A stretch of DNA of 20,000 nt from an uncultured virus (IMG/VR IMGVR_UViG_2667527966_000006) (taxonomy: Duplodnaviria > Heunggongvirae > Uroviricota > Caudoviricetes), in IMG/VR virus record IMGVR_UViG_2667527966_000006, one strand, 5' to 3'. The position numbers and the translations under genes are program-made. The stretch's first letter is position 1. Each line of letters opens with the position of its first letter. The notes below the pieces were generated by a model that saw only the letters and a list, made by a program, of their open reading frames with translations, searched no databases and was not told where the DNA came from. Of the stretch, positions 16,208 through 20,000 are shown one piece after another.

Positions 16208-16268
16208 TAGGTAACTACATACTTATTTTGTGTAAGAATGATGACGCGAAATTAAGAGGGGAACACAC

Positions 16269-16997
16269 ATGGAAAGCAGGAATAAAGCCACTTCTATGGA
16301 TATACAGGCTGTATCACCGATGAGCACGGACACTCCTTTCAGATTTTGTCTTCAGGGCAACAACCCAACCGCCGTGGGCACGATTATTGTCGATAAAGGT
16401 AAGGTCTCATTTGAAGGCGACGCCGACGAATCCGCGCTGATTTTTATTGAGTACCTGGTGCGTCGAAATAGTCAGCAGTGGGCAGAGCTGGAGAAACGCG
16501 CCAGACATTATGATGAGTTTATGAATGTCATAGAGGCTGCGCGTGCCGCTCTTGCTGCTGGCACTCCTGTAGATCTGGAGTCTTTGTTTAACGGAGAGCT
16601 GGCCTCTGCCATGTTCGCCACCATGTTCGCCGGCGAATTTGTTCGACACGGTGCAAAAAACTATCTGGAATTGAGCTACGACGTTCCTGAACTTGGATAT
16701 TTCACTGTTACGACTCAACGTAAGGGGTGCAAAACGCCAGGCGATCGCATCGCAGAGCTGGAGGCTGTAGTCGACCAACGCAATGGAGAATGCGTGCGGC
16801 TTATGAAAGAGCGCGACGAACTGCTCAGTGATCAGCTAACCAAAGGCTCAAACATTCGCGCGGCAGCCGACGTTTACTTTCAACTCATGGAAGAGTGCCA
16901 AATACCGCCAGGCGGATCTCTCGTTGAGTATGTGCGTGAGCTTGAAGAACAGGTCAAGACACTGCAGCGGCAAAACCTACACGCCACCGCATCATGA
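16269..16997 (+). CDS. Hypothetical phage protein, Ead/Ea22-like mosaic
   Basis: VSFEGDADESA..F, GAKNYLEL and TQRKG.KTP..RIAELE modules of lambdoid-type accessory proteins, plus coiled coils. Confidence 0.6.
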   Translation: MESRNKATSMDIQAVSPMSTDTPFRFCLQGNNPTAVGTIIVDKGKVSFEGDADESALIFIEYLVRRNSQQWAELEKRARHYDEFMNVIEAARAALAAGTPVDLESLFNGELASAMFATMFAGEFVRHGAKNYLELSYDVPELGYFTVTTQRKGCKTPGDRIAELEAVVDQRNGECVRLMKERDELLSDQLTKGSNIRAAADVYFQLMEECQIPPGGSLVEYVRELEEQVKTLQRQNLHATAS

Positions 16998-17021
16998 TGA
17001 GGTCGTAACTGGTTTCACCAA

Positions 17022-17060
17022 TTTAAGGCTATATCAATAGCCTTAAACAACTTGTTTTCT
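17022..17060. promoter_or_regulatory. Hairpin plus operator family B composite
   Basis: TTTAAGGCTAT-ATCA-ATAGCCTTAAA overlaps AAACAACTTGTTT. The same layout occurs at 19003-19038. Confidence 0.55.
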
Positions 17061-17112
17061 GCCTTTTCTTATCTGTGAAAATAAATAAGTTAAGTAAACA
17101 ATGGAGATAAGA

Positions 17113-17754
17113 ATGTCGAGTGTATCTAAAGCTTTCATGTTTGCTGCCGGCGCTCATGGCGGTGTTGGTCAGAAACGGAAATATACAGGTGAGGATTACA
17201 TCCACCATCCAGACTCAGTCCGATCAATAGTTGCCTGGTATGGCGGTACTGTTGAGATGCAGATTGCAGCATTACTGCATGACGTAGTGGAAGATACCCA
17301 TGTAACCATTGAGATGGTTCGGGAACACTTCGGTGAGCGTGTCGCTGAAATGGTGCTGGCCCTCACCAATATAGCCAAACCAGAAGACGGAAATCGGGTG
17401 CAACGTTTCGTTATTAACGTTCTGGAGCTGTCACAAAGCCTTGATATGCAGACACGCATGATAAAGCTGGCTGATCTGCTGGATAACACGTCGTCTATCG
17501 TCGACCGCGATCCTGAGTTTTCGGCTATCTATCTCGCTGAAAAAGAGTTAATGCTCAAGGTCCTATTTGAGAATAAGGAAATTGGCGCCGACGAGCGTGT
17601 CGTTGACCTTCTGGAGAAAAAAGGTATCGAGCATGCATTACTGATTAAAGCTCGTGATGTGGTAGTGGAAGGTATAGCCAGTCTTCAGCCAGTACACATG
17701 AAACGTTTTGAAAAGCACAAGGCGCTGATTTGGGGCGCATGGGAGAGCGCATGA
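17113..17754 (+). CDS. Stand-alone HD-domain hydrolase, Mesh1/SpoT-like (small alarmone hydrolase family)
   Basis: AH..Q.RKY.G..YI.HP, AALLHDVVEDT, IKLADLLDN. ATG at 17113 follows GGAG. Confidence 0.82.
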   Translation: MSSVSKAFMFAAGAHGGVGQKRKYTGEDYIHHPDSVRSIVAWYGGTVEMQIAALLHDVVEDTHVTIEMVREHFGERVAEMVLALTNIAKPEDGNRVQRFVINVLELSQSLDMQTRMIKLADLLDNTSSIVDRDPEFSAIYLAEKELMLKVLFENKEIGADERVVDLLEKKGIEHALLIKARDVVVEGIASLQPVHMKRFEKHKALIWGAWESA

Positions 17755-18287
17755 AAGTAGAACTAATGGACGTTATGGCTTTCACTATTACCAACGTCGA
17801 TCGCCTCGACCCAATCAGGGTGATGATTGAAAACTACGAGCCCGGAAAGGGCCGTATCACAATCACCTGCTTCGGCAAGGCATGGACAGCTGCCTGGTTC
17901 GCCATGGGTGGTGATTCTGTTCAGGCCTTTATTAAGCGCGTTAGCAATGACTATCTGATTGGTTGCTTAGATCCTCAACTTGAAAGCTCGGTTGACGACG
18001 ATAACGAAGCAAATCTAGCGTTCGTTAAGGCACATATCATTAAGCTTCGTCGCGAACGGGAACTTGATGCTGAGAAAGCTCGCGAAATGTGGAATGAGGC
18101 TGAAAATGCTGATGACGTTAAGGCATGTTGCTGCGACTACGGTATTGGCAACGAACTTTTGGAGCTTTTTGGCGACGACCCATGTTACGCACGATGGCCC
18201 TCTGTGCCTAACCCTAATTATCAATACTTCGATCGCATCCTGAATGCGGTTCGTGTCGGGCTGGTAGAAATAGAGCGTGCAGCATGA
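17751..18287 (+). CDS. Hypothetical phage protein
   Basis: ATGA overlap with the HD gene. LDPIRV..E....GKGRITITCFGKAWTAAW.AMG is a phage-type motif. Confidence 0.75.
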   Translation: MKVELMDVMAFTITNVDRLDPIRVMIENYEPGKGRITITCFGKAWTAAWFAMGGDSVQAFIKRVSNDYLIGCLDPQLESSVDDDNEANLAFVKAHIIKLRRERELDAEKAREMWNEAENADDVKACCCDYGIGNELLELFGDDPCYARWPSVPNPNYQYFDRILNAVRVGLVEIERAA

Positions 18288-18742
18288 CTGATATCACCGA
18301 ACTGGCGCAGCAAGAGCTGGCTCAACTGCGCGCTGAGCTTTCAAATCAGGCAATTGGCAGTAAAGACCATCTGCGAAAAATCGCGTTATCGTTGGTAGAT
18401 AAACTGGAGAAATGTCGAGATCGGGAGATTAGGTGGCTGGCCTTGTCAGACGAGAAATCAAAAATCATCACCGATCAAGAAGAGGCGCTGGAGAAGGCGC
18501 AGGCCAAAGCAGATGTATATGACATGCTTAGGGATGACTACGGTTTGCGCAAAAAAGGTGTTGGGCTTGCAGATTTCGTTGACTGGCAGGCTAATCGCAT
18601 CGCCGAGCTGGAGTCCCGCATCGTGAAGCTGCCGCTACCATCGTGTACTTACGCTGACCACAGCTATCCGGCATACTCAAAGCGCCAGGTTATCTCTCTT
18701 CTGGAGTCACTGGGCATCACAGTCGTTGAGGGGGATGTATGA
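18284..18742 (+). CDS. Ead/Ea22-like phage protein
   Basis: Starts MTDITELAQ. Coiled coil, RIAELESR.VKLP and a GITV.G terminus. ATGA coupling. Confidence 0.6.
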   Translation: MTDITELAQQELAQLRAELSNQAIGSKDHLRKIALSLVDKLEKCRDREIRWLALSDEKSKIITDQEEALEKAQAKADVYDMLRDDYGLRKKGVGLADFVDWQANRIAELESRIVKLPLPSCTYADHSYPAYSKRQVISLLESLGITVVEGDV

Positions 18743-18996
18743 CCAAATCAACCATAACCAGAAATGAGCTTAACGAAGTGATTGCCACATACGGAAAGAG
18801 CCACCTCGCACATCGAATGGCCACTGTATTGTTGGCCGCAATGGACAACGTGCCTGGTAAGATCATCGAAGTCAATGTCGGCGGCAATACTTGGGTGCAA
18901 TGCTCTGAGAAAGCCTTCGAGAATGCAAAATCCAAAGGGGAGCTCACACGAGTACTTTATGAGTATCCATCGGCAGCTGTTTTCTTGAAAGGTTAA
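18739..18996 (+). CDS. Hypothetical phage protein (Eaa-like N-terminus)
   Basis: MTKSTITRNEL...MATVLLAAMD. ATGA coupling. Confidence 0.6.
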   Translation: MTKSTITRNELNEVIATYGKSHLAHRMATVLLAAMDNVPGKIIEVNVGGNTWVQCSEKAFENAKSKGELTRVLYEYPSAAVFLKG

Positions 18997-19068
18997 CAGT
19001 GATAAGGCCATTATTATGGCCTTAAATAATTTGTTTTCACCAATAAGTTATTACCACCACCGTCAAAC

Positions 19069-19111
19069 TTGACCGCATTTCATCAAAGAAATACTGTTTA
19101 AATATACAGTA
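19069..19111 (+). promoter_or_regulatory. SOS promoter with LexA box
   Basis: TTGACC-17 bp-TACTGT, where the -10 lies inside TACTGTTTAAATATACAGTA (CTG-N10-CAG). Confidence 0.85.
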
Positions 19112-19127
19112 TTTGGGGGTGATCAAA

Positions 19128-19391
19128 ATGGGCGGAAAAGACACCAGTTATCAGATCGTCTACAGAGGCGAGACACTTAAACATTTCAAACCTGGCCAGT
19201 GCGTCTTTTTCCAGCGAGAGAGACAGTATGGTGGCGGCTATTGGTTGGGCAAGACACATGTGGACGGTTTTGAGTTCCTGCTCGAACAACCAACCTCTCT
19301 AAGAGAGGGGATGTTGTTTCTGCTCACTCTTGCAAAGGTGGAAGCCAGACATATGGAGTTCGTCGATTTCGATGACTTCAATTTAACGTAG
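19128..19391 (+). CDS. Small hypothetical protein, probably SOS-inducible (87 aa)
   Basis: ATG after GGGGGTG, directly downstream of the LexA box. Confidence 0.75.
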   Translation: MGGKDTSYQIVYRGETLKHFKPGQCVFFQRERQYGGGYWLGKTHVDGFEFLLEQPTSLREGMLFLLTLAKVEARHMEFVDFDDFNLT

Positions 19392-19571
19392 TCACTGCTT
19401 GGGACAGACTATGTGCAACAGCAAAGTTGTAATGTCCGCTTTGAGCGATGAGCGGATATTCAGACCGACTGATAGCTGATTTTGAGTTGCCAAAAAGAGC
19501 GCTCCTATTCAGTACAAAAAAGATGGTAATGTTTCATAAAATCTCTTAGACCTTGCAGGAATGGTTTTGAA

Positions 19572-20000
19572 ATGAATGGATCTTGTTTGTGTGGAACAAT
19601 TGAATTTGAACTTACTCATAAACCAGCAGTGTTTTATCGTTGTCATTGCTCGCTTTGCAGAAAGCAGAGCGGTGTGGGTTACAATCTCGCCACACTAGTC
19701 AAAGACAGTGAGTTTCGCTGGATTAAAGGGGAAAACTGCATTGCTTCATGGTCTAAGCCAACGGGGTACCGTACAGATTTTTGCAATGTATGTGGCTCAA
19801 CTGTGCCTAACAGTCTGCGAGACGTACCTTATGTCTGGGTTCCTGTTGGTTTAATTGACGAACGTCTTGAAATGGAATGTGCAGGAGACTTCTGCACTGA
19901 TGATGCAATGCCCTGGGATGAACCCCGCTCACCTAGTTGTCACGCTGGACCTGTCGAGTCGCTAGCCTCGCTTTTAAAGTACCTGAAACTCAATTCCTGA
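19572..20000 (+). CDS. GFA/CENP-V family zinc-binding protein
   Basis: GSCLCG.I, CHCSLCRK, FCNVCGS. Complete ORF ending TGA at 20000. Confidence 0.88.
   Translation: MNGSCLCGTIEFELTHKPAVFYRCHCSLCRKQSGVGYNLATLVKDSEFRWIKGENCIASWSKPTGYRTDFCNVCGSTVPNSLRDVPYVWVPVGLIDERLEMECAGDFCTDDAMPWDEPRSPSCHAGPVESLASLLKYLKLNS

Noticed and set aside
448..19289. Numerous minus-strand ORFs in the track
   Set aside because: Almost all lie opposite well-supported plus-strand genes, and none shows a recognisable motif, so they are treated as shadow ORFs.

Overview
A 20-kb, entirely plus-strand segment that looks like the DNA-metabolism and accessory arm of an Enterobacterales phage-plasmid. The SSU5/pHCM2-like assignment is inferred from gene content and order, not from a database search. 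It carries a dNTP-supply cluster (5'-truncated nrdA, nrdB, MazG-like NTP pyrophosphatase, thyA, degenerate HAD protein, DHFR, P-loop kinase), a free-standing HNH endonuclease, a DnaQ-like exonuclease, two amino-methyltransferases, RNase HI, a TerB module, a Mesh1/SpoT-like HD hydrolase, Ead/Ea22-like genes, a LexA-boxed small gene and a GFA-family gene. The most notable non-coding feature is the ~1-kb locus upstream of rnhA (10500-11500). It has an operator-flanked promoter, a ~520-nt structured region, oriented CCAGAC repeats, a G-tract, strand-specific tandem G.A hairpins and an AT-rich/alternating purine-pyrimidine junction, and is a candidate RNA-primed origin or ncRNA. The window also holds two dispersed palindromic operator families, a recurring non-canonical extended -10 motif, a leader with CsrA-like sites, and a gene split by an exact 16-bp tandem duplication.
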